From Amoebidium appalachense (lineage: Eukaryota; Protista; Ichthyosporea), in assembly GCA_963693365.1 (NCBI GenBank), contig CAVNZM010000014.1:3658001-3722000 (forward strand): DNA of 64,000 nt, read 5' to 3'. Positions within the stretch are counted from its first letter, which is position 1, and every line of letters begins with the position of its first letter. Below are positions 61,851-64,000 of this stretch, one piece after another. Under the pieces are notes generated by a model. That model searched no databases and was not told the DNA's origin. It was given only the letters and a program-made list of their open reading frames with translations. The position numbers and the translations under genes are program-made.

Positions 61851-62881
61851 CCATCCTTCCCCCTCCCCACCCACCCACCCCCCACCCACCCACCCTCCCC
61901 CCCCTCTCTCCCCCAGCCATCACCACCCACCCACTCACCCCTACACACCCACTTCCCACCCCCCTCCCCCCCTCTTCTTCCAGCCGCTACGTCGAGTCTC
62001 TCCACCACGATCCAGCGCAGCAAATCGCCCTTTTGGAAGACGCAGAAACAACATCCAAATGTGTCGTTTCCCTCCTTTCCTCCCTCTCGCTGTACCGTCA
62101 ACGCTACCGCGCCTCCCTCTTCTGCTTCCACTCGTGCGCCCAATTCGCCCCGCGTTTGGAGTACCTCGGAAAAACCGTTCAGTCCATCAACCAGGCGTGT
62201 TTGGAGGAAAACGTGAGCAGTTACGAAGAATACGAAGACGTTTTGAAGGCGATGAAGCAGGCGCCTATGGATGTGCTTGTTCCACTGGCGGAGAAATGCG
62301 ATTGGATGATAGGCGGGGCAAGACGCGGGGGTGCTGGTGCGGGTGCGGGTGGAGGTGGAGGGGCGTGGGGGGAGGGGAGCGGGCAAAGGGAAGGGGAGGG
62401 AGGAGGGGGAGGGGGGATTTCTGTTTCCGGAGGCGGAGACGGTGAGAGTGGCGGTGGAGAGATTGAGGCATTTGAAGGTGTGTATGTGTGTGTGTGTGTG
62501 TGTGGGTGGGTGGGTGGGTGGGGGGGGGGGGGGAGGTGGGGGGGTTGGAGGTGGCTGGGGGGGTTGGGTGGGTTGGTGGATGGGTGGGTGTGGGGGTGTG
62601 GATGTGTGGGGGGGGAGGGGTGGGGAGGGGGTGTTGGTGGGTGGATGGGGGGAGGGAGGAGGGGGGGGGTGTTTTTGTGTGTGTGGGGGGGCGGGGGGGA
62701 TGGGGGGGGATGGGTGGGGTGTGTGGGTGTGTGTGTGTGGGGGGGGGGGGAGGGGATGGGGGGATGGGGGGTGTGGGAGGGTGTGGGTGTGTGTGTGTGG
62801 GGGGGGGGGGGGTGCGTCTGTCTGTATGTGTGTGTGGGGGGGGGGGGAGGGGGAGGAGAAGGTGGGGGAGGGAGAAGGGGA

Positions 62882-62952
<71 letters not shown>

Positions 62953-63519
62953 GTGTGAGCAGGGGGCCGGAGGGGGAAGGGAGGTCACGGCGGTTGTTGT
63001 GATGTGTGGTAAAGGACGGAGTGTATGCCTGTGTGTGGGGGGGTTGAGGGGGGGGAGGAAAGGGATGGCTAAGAGGGGGGGGAGTGAATGGATATGTAAA
63101 ATGGATGGGACCTTTTCCCTTTGCCAGATTGCTCCTCCCCCCTTCCCCCCCCCCCCCCCCCCCTTCGTACTTTTTGACGCATTCAAACCCCCCCCCCCCC
63201 CCCCCAAATCCTTCCCACGTCTCCCACACCACTCCCCTTCTTCTCCTTTCTTGCTCTTAGTGAAACTTTTGACTAAACCCAATCTCGTCATGGGTATCAT
63301 CACACATCTTTCCCTCTCCCCCCTTCCTCTCTTCTCCCTCCCTCCCCCCCCCCTTCCCCTCCTCTCCTTTCGTCCCTCCCTCCTTCTCTCCCTCCCTCCC
63401 TTTCTCCCTACCCCCTCCTCCTTCCCACCCTCCCCCCTGCATCCCACCCTCGCTTTCTAATATGTCCAACCCCTCCCCCCCCCCCCCCCCCCTCTTCCAC
63501 CTTCCATGGCTCCTCAGCG

Positions 63520-63565
<46 letters not shown>

Positions 63566-63774
63566 CCCCGGACCCTGCCTCCTTGAATTTGATATCGTCG
63601 ACGAGGTGAATAAGTCGAATCTCGGGTAGTGTCGATGACTTGGATGGGCCCTGCTTGTTATGCATATACTATAATATATACGTACTGTGGATGTGTTCTT
63701 TGCACTCTGCAATGTGTTGTCCGTCATGAATGTGTATGTCGTACCTTGTAACACATTCTAGCCCTCCCCTCTAT

Positions 63775-63813
<39 letters not shown>

Positions 63814-64000
63814 AAAAAAAAAAAAAAAACGCAGGAAACCAACACAGGGGACAAGGTGGACATAGAGATGGACATCAGCGAAGAGGAAGAAGACAACGAA
63901 CAAGATGAAAGCACACCGAATCGGGCCAGGCAAACAAAAAAAGCCCGATTATCAGTCGACCCGGAATCGGAAACGAAACGGATTGAACCGGTTACGGAGA
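59298..64000 (+). CDS. ORC3: Origin recognition complex subunit 3 (5' part; continues beyond the window)
   Basis: Exon 59298-60478 carries ORC3_N motifs (EVPAALVSVGANVPDH, LVVIFEDFESF...LEDFI, LLFGLATT, LRALMSFR) and joins 61984-62477 (RYVE). An acidic exon from ~63835 is tentative because its phase needs an unresolved intermediate exon. Confidence 0.9.
63588..63760 (+). mobile_element. Diverged relative of repeat family A (another partial copy at ~40237-40328)
   Basis: gtcgaatctcgggtagtgtcgatgacttgg...gggccctgctt...ctttgca...tcgtac...cattct is collinear with copy 4. Followed by a C-rich tract. Confidence 0.5.

Noticed and set aside
62033-63460. 475-aa ORF as a single exon
   Set aside because: After the donor at 62478 the sequence is G/GT/GA simple repeat. 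Only 61984-62477 is ORC3-like.

Overview
Eukaryotic nuclear DNA from an intron-rich genome whose introns are filled with (CA)n/(CT)n microsatellites and long poly(C)/poly(G) runs. Nearly all ORF-track entries are translations of these repeats. Spliced genes I could reconstruct by eye: an unidentified minus-strand gene (<1-~4.9 kb); a Rho-like pseudo-GTPase with a long Ser/Pro tail (8.3-~11.3 kb); a PIX/ARHGEF6-7-type RhoGEF (CH-SH3-DH-PH-coiled coil, 15.8-33.4 kb) with tRNA-Val(AAC) and tRNA-Ser(GCT) in its introns; UBAP1 (34.7-44.1 kb); a Mug135/DUF1773-like gene (46.0-46.6 kb); a plant-type monodehydroascorbate reductase (49.3-58.1 kb); and the 5' part of ORC3 (59.3 kb to the end). PIX, UBAP1 and an E2F site suggest a unicellular holozoan-like or Amorphea protist (inference). 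The most notable observations are: (1) a cluster of short TIR elements with 9-bp target-site duplications, two of which bracket the Mug135-like gene in inverted orientation; (2) a 5'-truncated, poly(C)-anchored intronic repeat always in host-sense orientation; (3) tandem arrays of duplicated splice junctions; (4) a 306-bp foldback, a 5-mer higher-order minisatellite and tandem tRNA 3'-half copies. All homology calls come from recalled family motifs, not database searches.
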